DNA from: Felis catus
Lineage: Eukaryota
Length of the DNA stretch: 64,000 nucleotides
Direction: 5' to 3'
Assembly (NCBI RefSeq): GCF_018350175.1
Contig: NC_058382.1
Coordinates: forward strand, 52,268,001 to 52,332,000
Shown here: piece by piece, positions 39,410 through 51,069 of the stretch
Layout: each line of letters opens with the position of its first letter
How positions within the stretch are numbered: position 1 is the first letter of the stretch
Notes under the pieces: generated by a model
What the model was told of the DNA's origin: nothing
What the model saw: the letters and a program-made list of their open reading frames with translations, nothing else
Databases searched by the model: none
Made by a program: the position numbers and the translations under genes

Positions 39410-40115
39410 TTGAGAATTTGAAAAAATGAATACACTGAAGTAGACTAAAATGAGATGATGGGGGTAAAATAGAATTTGAAGAAATATACACAAAAGTAAA
39501 GAATATAGTAGGACAAAAATTAAAAATGTTTTTAATCAAAATTAAAAATAAATATGAATTTTTTCTTTTCTGTATTTAAGAAAAAAGAAAAACGAAAAAG
39601 AGAAAAAAGATAAAAGAAAAAAGATATTTGAAAATTTGAAAAAGTCAATACACTGTAGTAGACTCAAATGAAATGATGGAAATAAAATAGAATTTGAAAA
39701 AAATTACATAAAAGGAAAACACATATTAACGAAAATTAAATAAGAATATTTTTAATAGAAATTGAAAGCAAAAATGAAGTTTTTTCTTTCTGCTTTTAAG
39801 AAAAAGAAAACAAACAAAAGAAAAAAATGAAAAAAAGAAAAAATGGAAACTGTTCGAAAATTTGAAAAGGTGAATACACTGAAGTAGACTAAAATAAAAT
39901 GATGGGAGTAAAGTAGAATTTGAAAAAATTTACACAAAAGTAAAAATACAGTAATAAAAATTAAGGATATTTTTAATAAAAATGGAAAATAAAAATGAAT
40001 TTTTTCTCTTTCTGTATTCAAGTAAAAGAATTGCGAAAGAGAAAAAGAAAAAACAAAAAATAAAGAAAATTGAATAGATGAACCTGCTAACAGACTGAAG
40101 TAGGACTCAAATTGG
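39410..40115. repeat. Tandem array of a ~220-bp AT-rich unit (3 copies plus a partial) in the L1 5'UTR
   Basis: The anchor tacactg(a/t)agtagact recurs at ~39431, ~39649 and ~39875, and degenerately at ~40092. aaaatagaatttgaa and atgaattttttct recur with the same period. Confidence 0.88.
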
Positions 40116-41275
40116 TTTCTTTTCCCCTAGAAGTCATTCTCTGTAGTTCTGTATAGTCCATAAATTAAGCCAGCGGTGAGACTTGTGTTCTTGAGGAGCT
40201 AAGTTGGCCCAGTTGGACGAGGCTCAGTGTAACAGCTCTGCTCTCCACTAGAGGGTGCTGCTAGCCTACTGGGGTGGATTGTTGCAGTGCTCGTTGGTGT
40301 GCATGGGCAGGAAGAGGTGTAAATGGCGCCACCCACCTACCCAGTCTGTTCTCCCTGATAAGCAATCGCGCCCCTGTCCTCTGTCTTCAGCTCTCGTCCA
40401 CTCCCCGCTTCTTCACTCTTCGCGACCAGGCCCCAGGCAGTACCTCTCTCCCACGTTTTGTCTCAGATGTGGCTGTTTTCCCCAGCCCCTTACTTCCGAA
40501 GGGCTGCGGCTTTGGCCCCTTTCGTCCCTCTGCCGGACGGTCTCACTGAGCAATGGCCAAATGAGTATTTGCCGAATATCGGCTGCACCCAGGAACGCCT
40601 GCTGGACCCTGTGGTTGCCGGTGCCCCGAGACCGTGGCCAGGTGCCAGCCCGCCCCAGAAAAAGTTCGCGAGACAGTGTAGCAGCAGCGTCTCAGGGATT
40701 ATGGAAAATCACAACACACATCTGGCACCAGGCTTCACTCTTAACAATCTTGCCCCAGCACCAGTGAATGTGGCCGCCTTCCAGGGTCTGCTGGGATCAG
40801 GTGGCTTCAGCAGTCTCTACCGGATGTCCTTCCAGCAGTGGAACCGCTTTTTCCCGTGTGGCCCGACAACCTCCCGGACCCCACTCTGTTCCTGGGGACT
40901 CGCCCTTCCCACCAGAGCACCGCCAGCTATCGAGCTGCGGAGTTATAGCCTTTGCGCTCCCCTTGTTTACAGTCTTAATGGAATTTAAACCCTCTCCTTT
41001 CTTCTTTCTCCCTTTTTAGTTTAGTCCCTGCGGCTGTTTCCAATTTGCCACTTTCTCTCCAGCTGCTTTTGGGGTGGGGTGCTTTTCCCGTATTCTCCCC
41101 CCACAAGTCTCCATCATCTCTCTGCCCGCAAAAACGGTTCCTTACCTTTTGCGGCTTCTAGCTCCCCAAGGTCATTTCTCCATGCCGGGAACCTGCTGAT
41201 TTCTGTGGTTCAGGTTGTGCAGATTGTTGTGTTAATCCTCCAGTCAGTTTTCTGGGTGTGTAGGATGGTTTAGTG

Positions 41276-41864
41276 TTGCATTGTTTAATTTTTAAAAGAT
41301 ATTACAATTGTGTTGTACAGACAAGTTACATGTGTACATCAATTTAATGATTATATTGTTCTTTATTACCTTCTACATACCCATTACTATTTGAAATTAG
41401 TTTCTATCTTTTACTCAGAAGTGTTGGCAGCAAATCGTCTTCTTATTGGTTTATCTGAAAATGTCTTTATTTATCCTTACTTTTTGGTGGGAACATTCTG
41501 TAGGTATACAATTCTAGGTTGGTAGTTACAGTCTTTGAGCAATTTAAAAATATCATTACATTTATTTTTGTCTTTCCTCATTTCCATTGAAATGTCATCT
41601 GCCAATCTTATTCTTTGCTTTATTGAAACCAATGTGTCTTGTTTTCTCTAGGGCCTTTTCAATTTCTTGCCCCTTGTTTTTGATTTTCGCCGTTTATTCT
41701 GTAATGTGCTTAAAAGATGTTGCCTTTGTATTTATCCTATTTGTGCTTTGCTGTGTTCATTGCATCTGTGGATTGATATTTTCTCTTTTCTTCTACAAAC
41801 ATCTACCACATGCTTCTTAAGCTCTGGTCTATGATTTTCTTTTTATTGCATTGTTATTTCTCTG

Positions 41865-41895
<31 letters not shown>

Positions 41896-42088
41896 CTATG
41901 TTTCATTTTTGTATTTTCTATAAGTCTGTGTTTAATTTTAATTATTTAGTGTTCTGTGTCCAATATATTTAAACACATATATTAATATATTAATCTCAGA
42001 TATTGCATTTTTTCCAATTCCAGACAGTTCTTTTTATTATTTTTCAAAATTAAAATCTCTAGTGAAATTCAGAATCTTTACATTGACC
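41276..42088 (-). other. Putative L1 3'-transduced genomic segment (continues at 33830-33849); itself resembles a decayed ancient L1M-type fragment
   Basis: It lies between the tail of the truncated L1 and a terminal AATAAA plus poly(A), all inside one outer TSD (see findings). Confidence 0.7.
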
Positions 42089-42104
42089 TTTTTTTAATTT
42101 TATT

Positions 42105-42323
42105 AAAAAAATTTTTTTTCAACGTTTATTTATTTTTGGGACAGAGAGAGACAGAGCATGAACGGGGGAGGGGCAGAGAGAGAGGGAGACACAGAATCGG
42201 AAACAGGCTCCAGGCTCTGAGCCATCAGCCCAGAGTCCGACGCGGGGCTTGAACTCACAGACCGCGAGATCGTGACCTGGCTGAAGTCAAGACGCTTAAC
42301 CGACTGCGCCACCCAGGCGCCCC
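42105..42323 (-). mobile_element. Young felid-type Can-SINE inserted in the poly(A) tail of the truncated L1
   Basis: Near-consensus, CpG-rich copy. TSD taattttatt (42095-42104 and 42324-42333). Confidence 0.93.
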
Positions 42324-43002
42324 TAATTTTATTTTTTATTTAAAAATTTTTTTTTATTTTTTATTTTTTTAATTTTTTTTTTTATTTTTTAAAATTTACA
42401 TCCAAGTTAGTTAGCATATAGTGCAACAGTGATTTCAGGAGTAGATTCCTTAGTGTCCCTTATCCATTTAGCCCATCCCTGCTCCCACAATCCCTCCAGT
42501 AACCCTCAGTTTCTTCTCCATATTTATGAGTCTCTTCTGTTTTGTTCCCCTCCCTATTTTTATACTATTTTTGTTTCCTTTCCCTTATGTTCATCTGTTT
42601 TGTCTCTTAAAGTCCTCATATGAGTGAAGTCCTGTGATTTTTGTCTTTCTCTGATTGACTAATTTCACTCAGCATAATACCCTCCAGTTCCATTCACGTA
42701 GTTGCAAACGGCAAGATTTCATTGTTTTTGATTGCCGAGTAATACTCCATTGTATATATATACCACATTTTCTTTATCCATTCACCCATCGGTGGACATT
42801 TGGGCTCTTTCCATACTTTGGCTATTGTTGATAGTACTGCTATAAACATAGGGTGCATGTATCCCTTGGAAACAGCTCACCTGTATCCCGTGGGTAAATG
42901 TCTAACAGTGCAATTGCTGGGTCGTAGTGTAGTTCTATTTTTAGTTTTTTGAAGAACCTCCATACTGTTTTCCAGAGTGGCTGTACCAGCTTGCATTCCC
43001 AA
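42324..43002 (-). mobile_element. 5'-truncated LINE-1 3' end (~0.6 kb plus A-rich tail), same family as the long L1
   Basis: 42391-43000 is visibly a close copy of 33895-34500 (e.g. gcaacagtgatttcaggagtagattccttagtg). ORF 42840..43046 contains [16 protein letters not shown]. Confidence 0.93.
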
Positions 43003-44415
43003 GAATACTTTACCTTTAAGATCAGAAAAGAAAACATGGATATCAAATTTTACCAGTTACATTCCATATTGTGCTGGAAATTCCAGCCAAAGTAATTGGG
43101 GTAGGGGGAGACATTCTGATTGGAAAGGAAAGAGTAAAACTATCTTTATTTGTGGGTGAAATGACCTTATGTGTAGAAAATACTAAGAAACCCACATTAA
43201 AGTATTAAAACTAATAGATAATTTAAAAAGAACTCACAAAACTAATTGATAATTTCAGCAAGATTAGAAGATAAAAAATCAATATGAAAAAATCAATTGT
43301 ATTTGTATATACTAGTAACTAACAATTTCCAAATTAAATTAAGAAATCAATGCAAATTGCCATATCATTAGAAAGAATAAAATACTTATGAATACATTTA
43401 ACAAAAGATGTGATAAATTTCTATTTTGAGACCTATAAAATATTGTAGAAGGAAATTAAAGACCTAAATGCATATAAAGACATCCCATGTTCATAGATCA
43501 AGACGTTTAATATTGTAAAGAGGACAGTATTCTCAAAATTGATCTGTAATTTTAATGTAAACATTACTAAAATTGCAGTTGGCTATTTTGCCAGAAATTG
43601 AAAGCTGATTCTAAACTTTTTATGTGCATACAAAGGCCCCAGACTAGCCAACCCAAGCTTGAAAAATAACAAAGTTTAAGGACCTTCATTTCCCAGTTTT
43701 CAAAATTTACTCCATAGGGGCACCTGGGTGGCTCAGTTGGTTAAGCATCTGACTCTTGATTTTGGCTCAGGTCTAGACTTCAGGGTCTTGAGATCAAGAC
43801 CTGAGGTGGCTCTGGCTCTGGGCAGACTGAGGAACTTGCTTAATATTCTCGTTCTCCCTCCCTGTCCCCCCATGATTCCATAGCTGGTGCTCAATGGGGC
43901 ACTATCCTTCTCTCTCAACAATAACTATATTTATATATATAAATATATATAACTATATATATGTAAAATGTTTATAACATATATAAAATGTTACGTATAT
44001 ATGTATGTTGTTGTTACTACAAAGCATTAGTAATAAAGACTGTAGTAGTAACATAAAAGAATATAACAGAGAGTCTCATAATAAACTCTTACAGGTGGTC
44101 ACTTGATTTTCCTCAAGGGTGCTGAGACAATTCAATGCAGGCAAGAGTAGTCTTTTTAACATACGAAGCTACACTTGGAATGCCCGCTTGCCAGAGAATG
44201 AAGTTATTGCTTGCCTTCACTGTCTATCCATGTTAAGCTTCCATGGAGCATAGATCTAAATGTAGGAGCCAAACCTAGAACTCTTAGGAGTGAAGATAGA
44301 ACTGCATCTTTGTGATGTTGGGTTAGGGAATGCTTTCTTAGATATGACCCCTCAAGCACAAGAGGCGAAAGAAAAATGTATATATAGCTCATATTTCCTC
44401 AAACTTAAAACTCAG
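43003..44415 (+). mobile_element. Ancient L1M ORF2 fragment, right part (interrupted by the SINE at 43717)
   Basis: It resumes exactly where the left part stops (taagatcag...gtgctggaaattccagcc) and continues with typical ORF2 sequence such as aaagacatcccatgttcatagat and aatgctttcttagatatgacc. Confidence 0.85.
43717..43925 (+). mobile_element. Can-SINE (old type) in the ancient L1, followed by an (AT)-rich tail to ~44010
   Basis: ggggcacctgggtggctcagttggttaagc head with degenerate TSD ttactcca / ttactaca. Confidence 0.85.
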
Positions 44416-44992
44416 AAAGAAGATAATTTAAGACATTTTGGGTTCCACCCACCCCTAGAGATAACTACTATTCACACTTTTGGCTGTGCTTCATAAATAT
44501 TTTGTGTGTGTGTTTGTGTGATCATACAATATTATATCTTTTGTTTTGTAGCATGCATATTTTACAGGGTTGAAAGATCTATCATTTTAATGGCTGTGTA
44601 GTATTCTATCATATGCATCCCATGCAAATTCATTACATGATTTCCCAGTTTTATATGTCATTTATTTCTACATTTTGCTTTCATATTGTAATTGCAGACG
44701 CTGTGGGTAGCCTTGAATAAATGACATTTTAACAATTTTTATTAATATATTAGGATGATTTCCCACCAGCACCACTTCTCTGTGAGGCTTTGGGATTTTG
44801 ATTCATATGATGAAAGGCTTACTTTTATTTTTTTTTAAATTTTATTATGAAACAAATTAAATATAAACACAATGGGAGAAAATAGTATAATAGATCTCCA
44901 CTTACCCATCCCCACGGCTCATTCATTTCTGTTGTCTAGATGTAATTTGACCTCTGAAAGGAATATATTCAAACATTGTATGCCTCTCTCTC

Positions 44993-45205
44993 TTTTTTTT
45001 TTTCTGCTTATTTTTGAGAGAGAGAGAGAGACAGAGAGAGACAGAGAGAGAAAGAGAATATGAGTGGGAGAGGGTCAGAGAGAGAGGAAGACAGAGGATC
45101 CTAAACAGGCTCTGTAATGTGGGGCTTGAACTCAGGAACTGAACCGTGAGATCATGACCTGAGCCAAAGTCGGATGCTTATATGATTGAGCCACCCAGGA
45201 ATCCC
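44993..45205 (-). mobile_element. Can-SINE
   Basis: (GA)n region and reverse-complement head ending at gagccacccaggaatccc. Confidence 0.88.
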
Positions 45206-45411
45206 TGCGTGCCTGTTTTTCACAGAGTACTTCCCCCTTGCTGTGCTTACTTAGAACCTATTAAATGCTGGTTCCTGTATTGTTGTTTATATAGCAGATT
45301 TTCTCTTTAATTTCTTACATCTACTTAAGGGCTGTTTTGATGTTAGAGGTGAAGAAGTGGTTAAACTAAGATGCACAGATAAAATTAGATTTTAGACTCT
45401 GAGATCCATCC

Positions 45412-45871
<460 letters not shown>

Positions 45872-45880
45872 TGATATGTT

Positions 45881-46102
45881 TGGGGTTTTTTTTTTTTAAA
45901 GGTTTGTTTGTTTGTTTGTTTGATGATGAATGAGAGAGAGCACAACAGCGGGGGAGGAGCATAGAGAGAGGGGTACAGAGGACCTGAAGCAGGCTCCTCA
46001 CTGACAGCAGCAAGCCCGACACGGGGCTCGAACTCAGGAACCGAGAGATGGTGACCTGAGCCAAAGTCCGATGCTCAACTGACTGAGCTGCCCAGATGCC
46101 CC
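45881..46102 (-). mobile_element. Can-SINE immediately downstream of exon 7
   Basis: Consensus-like body with the TSD core gaatctg on both sides (45867 and 46104). Confidence 0.9.
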
Positions 46103-47686
46103 TGAATCTGCTGTTTTGTTCCCATGGCCCCTTCCTTGTGCCAGCCAGTGTCCCCCCAAGGCTCTCTTCCTGAAAGTAATTTTCAGTAACGCCACTCAGG
46201 TGTATTCAACCTGGCTTCCTTAATTTTTTGAGGTCTTTCTGTTTTGGAGATTGTGGAGGGGGGTGACATGGGGGTTTTGTCTCCAGCAATGTAGATGGTT
46301 TTCACAACTCTACTTCAAGCCCCTCATTGATTTTGCTTCGAGATGGGATAATAATTGATTAAATCTGAATGCCTGACCTTTATTGATTTGTCATTCAACA
46401 ACTTCAACACCTCACCAGGAAGAATGTGCAGTTATTCCAGCAGGAGAAACAATGCAATTAAAGACCACGAGATGAAATCCAATTGTTTTATAATGAGAAA
46501 TTAGGGAATTCAATGCAGACATTAGCTGTGTAATTGTAGAAAGGGAAGTACTGTAGTTAGAACATATTAGAAATCTGGCCATGCCTCTTTTGGTTAAAAT
46601 TTCAATTAAAACATCAGATGGCACTTCTCTTCTGTTACCATTAGGAGAATATCCAATTGACTAAAAAGGCGTTTGAAAATTTCATCCTATTTTCAGCGTA
46701 TTTGTTTCTAGAGTTTGATGAACAACTATTTGTCTAAAGATAGGTGATCGAAGAAGACAAAGGACTCGCCAGGCGAGGCTAGATTTAATGTGTGGGGTGG
46801 GGGAGATTTTCCTGGTGTGGTCAGAAGCATTCACTCTTAGCAAAGAAGCTGGAAAAAAAAATAGTGTGCAGGGGCCTATTTTTTCCCCCTTCTTCTCCGA
46901 CTTAAGTCCTGAAATGTTTTAGTGACCCAGAATGAAGCTTATTTTTTTAATCACGCTTCCATAAAATGTAACCCCTGGGAAGAGAGAGACCAGCCAAGGG
47001 TTAGCCTGAACCCTTTATCACTCCCAAACACAGGGGCTTATAGTAGAAGTGACATACTGCAGATAGATTTACTTTTACCATTTTACATTTATGAGGGCTG
47101 AAATGAAAGGAAAATGCCCGTAATAATCCTCCCCCGTGTTAAAAGACACGAAACATCTAGTAATTAGGTGGTAACAAAATCTGGACATCCTTATCTTTGC
47201 AAATCACACCAGGTTCATGGAAAAAAAAAAAAAAAGTAGAGTGGCCCTGCTCAGGAGTGGGGGCCGGCGCGGGAGCGCGAGCTCCGGAAATAAATCTGCC
47301 AGTCCCAATCATTTGCCAGATGTGGAGGGCACCACGGGATATGTTTAAATGAGCTGGTATTTAATGGGAGATTATGTTGAATTGTAGCTTCTTGCTTCGC
47401 TTTGTAAATCTGTATCTCAAATGGTATTTCATGTGCTGCCTTTGTTCTCTCCTTGACTTCAGCGTAATTCGAGCCTACCTTGGAGATCTGAATCTTAATT
47501 TCATTTAACAGAGGAATTGGAAGGAAGGGCCTTGGTCTCCTGAATTAGACCCAGTTTAGTTTAGAGATGAGGACTTCCTGAAATGTGTTATCAGGCCCTG
47601 TCCTGTCTGGTGATTGGCCCTAGTTTTCTGCTTTCTGGTCATTCTTCGCACATGTTAAGGGGTATTTTTGTGTGTTTTGTGTGTTT

Positions 47687-47696
47687 TGCGCGCGCG

Positions 47697-47727
<31 letters not shown>
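47687..47727. repeat. (GC)5-(TG)n alternating purine-pyrimidine tract
   Basis: Read directly. Confidence 0.95.
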
Positions 47728-47730
<3 letters not shown>

Positions 47731-48244
47731 ACAAAATGCTAATTCCCCCCAGCTGGTTTGTTTATTACACTTGCATGGCCTCCTGTAGTGCCCTAGAGGT
47801 GGTGTGAATACTGGGTGCATAGTCCTGGGAAAGCACTCACTCACTGCTCAAGGACCAGAGCCTTAAACCATGTTGTAAAATGGAAGTGTTGATATCTAAT
47901 TACCTCCATAAACCTTGGCGGAATCTCTTCGTTGGAGTCAAGACCCCCTGTTAGGGGAAAAATAAAGTCCTATGTTTGCAGAAAATATTATACCAGACTG
48001 CCCCCAGGCAAAATATTTATTAGCCTCCCCGTGTCTTCACTGTATTTTAGTTACTTATCTGGAGTCTGAGCGAGTGAATGCAGTTTCTGCATACCTAAAA
48101 TACATCATATGAAAAGGAGAACTCGACTTCCTTGCTGTGAAAAATTTTCAGATAACAATTAAAATGGAATGAAAAGAGCGGAGGGCTGGCTGAACAACTG
48201 TGAATGGCTGCAGCTGCGTTGAGGGCCAAGTTGCTGCGTGCGCA

Positions 48245-48246
<2 letters not shown>

Positions 48247-48295
<49 letters not shown>
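48247..48295. repeat. (CA)n microsatellite
   Basis: Read directly. Confidence 0.97.
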
Positions 48296-48297
<2 letters not shown>

Positions 48298-50950
48298 ACA
48301 CAGCTTCGGAGGCAAATTCTGTCCTATTCTTTGAACATACTAGCTTTTGTCTACATAGAATCCAGCCTAATTATTTTTGGTAATGTAAAAATCCTCCATT
48401 AAAAAAAAAATAAGGGAGCAGTATATGTAGAAATACAAGACAGAGGTCCCCTCAAACAACAAATGTTGATGTCCAGAGAGCAAAATGGTCACATTTTGCT
48501 GTATTGGAAGGGGGATAATTCTATTAAGACATTATTGTGTGGCTTTGTCGATTCTTCAAGTTGAAAATAGAGTCGGCAGCATTTGAAGGGTTGTTTTACT
48601 GCCTCTTGAGCGGAGAGGTGAACGCAGTCATTTTTCAGGAAGCCCGCCCTGGCTCAGAGGGGTCCCAAGGCTTTCCCCCCTTCCTGCTTTCCAGAGGACT
48701 GTCAATACAAGCTAATCAGACCTGAAAAATGGGTTTGCTGCCCAGGGGATCAGCAGGGCAGGAAATCGGGGATCTGCTCATGGATGGGGGCTGCTTGCAA
48801 AGGGTGGGCCTCCTGTTTCCTAGCTGTGCTTCTCCAACCTGAGAAGCTCCTTCAACTTGGTTCCACCTAATTTCCCATCATGGTGGGTTTTTTTGGTGTG
48901 TTTGTTTGTTTGTGTTTGTTTGTGGGTTTTTTTTTTTTTTTGCCTTGTTTCTAGATTAAGGACTAGGAATGAATGCCTTTCCCACCTCTTAGGAGTTTAA
49001 CTGACCTAGTGCTCCCCACATGAAAGACTTCCGTGTTGTCCTTAAAAACCAAAGCAGGGAATTCATTCTAAACTGTAGAAGTGCCACATGCAAATATCGA
49101 TGAGGGATATAGAGAACCCAAAGGTAATGCTAAATTTTGCCTTTGGAGCAAGGCTCAAAGGAAGCTTGGCGCTTAGTTTGGAATTCTGAACCCAGGATCG
49201 AACTTTAATTCTCTAATCCTGTATATAGTCCCTGCTATGTGTTGGGCACTGCGGTAGGCGTAAATACGCTGACTGTCTGCCTTCCAAGAATTCACAGTTC
49301 ATTGGGGGAGCCAGGTGAGCAAATGGCCCGCACTCTGTCATGGTAAGGACAGAGGCACACGGGACACAGCACACAGTACCCAGCATACAGATAAAATGCA
49401 AAGATGGCATGACTTGCTTTGTTACTGATGTTGGCAGGGAGGTGCGTGGGGCCATTGGATATTGGGAATATCACCGCCTGGGTCCTGGCGAGTGGGCACC
49501 TCATTTCCCTGGAAACAAGTGTTTCAATCTGCTTTGCCTGGCTTCTTTCAATCTGTCCCCCATTGCCACCCAAGAAATCATTGTGACAACAAGCAGTGAA
49601 AGAGCTGGTTAGGTAGAGCCTCCTGGAAGAAATGGCGCTCATGCTGGGTTAGGCTAAACACAGATGCCAAGACTGGTTTCCTGCAAAGGTGATGGAGAAA
49701 GAGTGGAGAGTAAGAGAAGGATGGTATTTTCGTCCCATACCATGTAGATGTGGTCTGGATCCTTGATACTATTTCTGCACAGAGTACGTAGAATCTCTAA
49801 GACATGGCCCATACATTGGACCACTGAGCTGTCAACAGTCTTTTTCTGTAATACCTTATTACTACGTTGGATTAAAGTTCAGAAATAATAGAACTTCCCT
49901 GCATAAATGCATTTTAATTCAATATGCTAGCTTAACTGTAATGGAAAGAAAAAAATAAATGTGAAACAAAATAGCTTGTTTCTTAACTTGAGAAGGACTA
50001 CAAGGAGGATAAGTAATCAGATGTGCGTGTCCATGCCTCGGTCACCTCCATTGGGATACTCACAAATGCGGACCATTAACAGGTGTGGCACTGCAGACTG
50101 AAATACTCCTGGCATGGAATCAAGCGTCACCTCCCCCCAAAACCCATGAAATCTGAAAGTGCATTCATTCTTCATATACGTGGCTGTAGGAGCACTGTCT
50201 TGGAAACGCAGTGGATGTGAAAACTGTGCATATATGAAAAACAGCCAGGCTGTAGGCTCAGATAATTATACACGGGCTTTTCATCTGCATGAATGTCCAG
50301 TGGGACGATCTTCATGGAGCAAGACCCCGTCTGCATTGCAGGACGTCTACCATGCCCGGCCCCTGCCGGCAGCCATTATAACAATCAGAAAAAGGCCCCC
50401 ATAAATTTTCAAATTTCCCGCTAAGTTCCAGTGCTTTTGATGATTAAGCTCGCAAGTCTGGGCACTTCCTGTGGTTTGGGGACTTGGAAACAGGCAGCCA
50501 ACAATTAGTTTCAGGGTCTTGTTGTTGCATCCGTGATAACATTTCTGGCTATCAGCCTTGTTGATGACTTTAGAGCGGCAATGTCATTTAACACTAGAAA
50601 TTGGATGTCACTGATTGAGTCCTGGAGAAGGGCTATTTCATTTCCATGAAAATATGAATTTCACCTGTCCCTGGGTTGCTTTTACCTTCCTTGTAGCTCA
50701 CCCTGAACTGCTCATATCCAGGAACAACCAGATTATTCCATGATTTTCATTTTACCTTTTGCTTTTGTTTCTATAGCCAGCACCCGGAGTACTCTCCTTA
50801 TATTTCCTTATTACTTGGTGCAAATGCTCAGAGTTAATTTAATGAAGGAAACTATGAGGAGTCTTTAACAAGGATGAGATCAACCTCCAGAAAATTCCTT
50901 TTGTTATGATCCTTTTTTTATTTTAGGGCAGTCACTACTTTGCTGTTACT

Positions 50951-50951
<1 letters not shown>

Positions 50952-50990
<39 letters not shown>

Positions 50991-51069
50991 AGAGGAGAGA
51001 GAGAGAGAGAGAGAGAGAAAGAAAGAAAGAAAGAAAGAAAGAAAAAGAAAGAAAGAAAGAGAAAAGAAA
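50952..51069. repeat. (GA)n-(GAAA)n pure purine tract, 118 nt
   Basis: Read directly. Confidence 0.97.

Larger units (their letters stand above)
33867..41275 (-). mobile_element. Near-full-length carnivore/felid LINE-1 (~7.4 kb including a nested SINE), antisense to WWOX, inactivated
   Basis: GC-rich 5'UTR (~40150-41275), ORF1, ORF2, 3'UTR and A-rich tail (T-rich on + at 33867-33894). It is flanked by a 17-bp TSD: ttgcatcgtttaatttt (33850-33866) and ttgcattgtttaatttt (41276-41292). Confidence 0.95.

Noticed and set aside
39410..40115. CRISPR-like repeat-spacer array
   Set aside because: The whole ~220-bp unit repeats (there are no unique spacers), it lies in a mammalian L1 5'UTR, and there are no cas genes.
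40255..40988. 170-aa and 176-aa + strand ORFs as an ORF0-like L1 antisense protein
   Set aside because: They overlap in different frames, start at non-ATG codons, lie in GC-rich stop-poor sequence and show no recognisable motif.
33867..41275. Active, retrotransposition-competent L1
   Set aside because: ORF1 is interrupted by a SINE. ORF2 is split by many stops and frameshifts and has FSDD at the RT motif.
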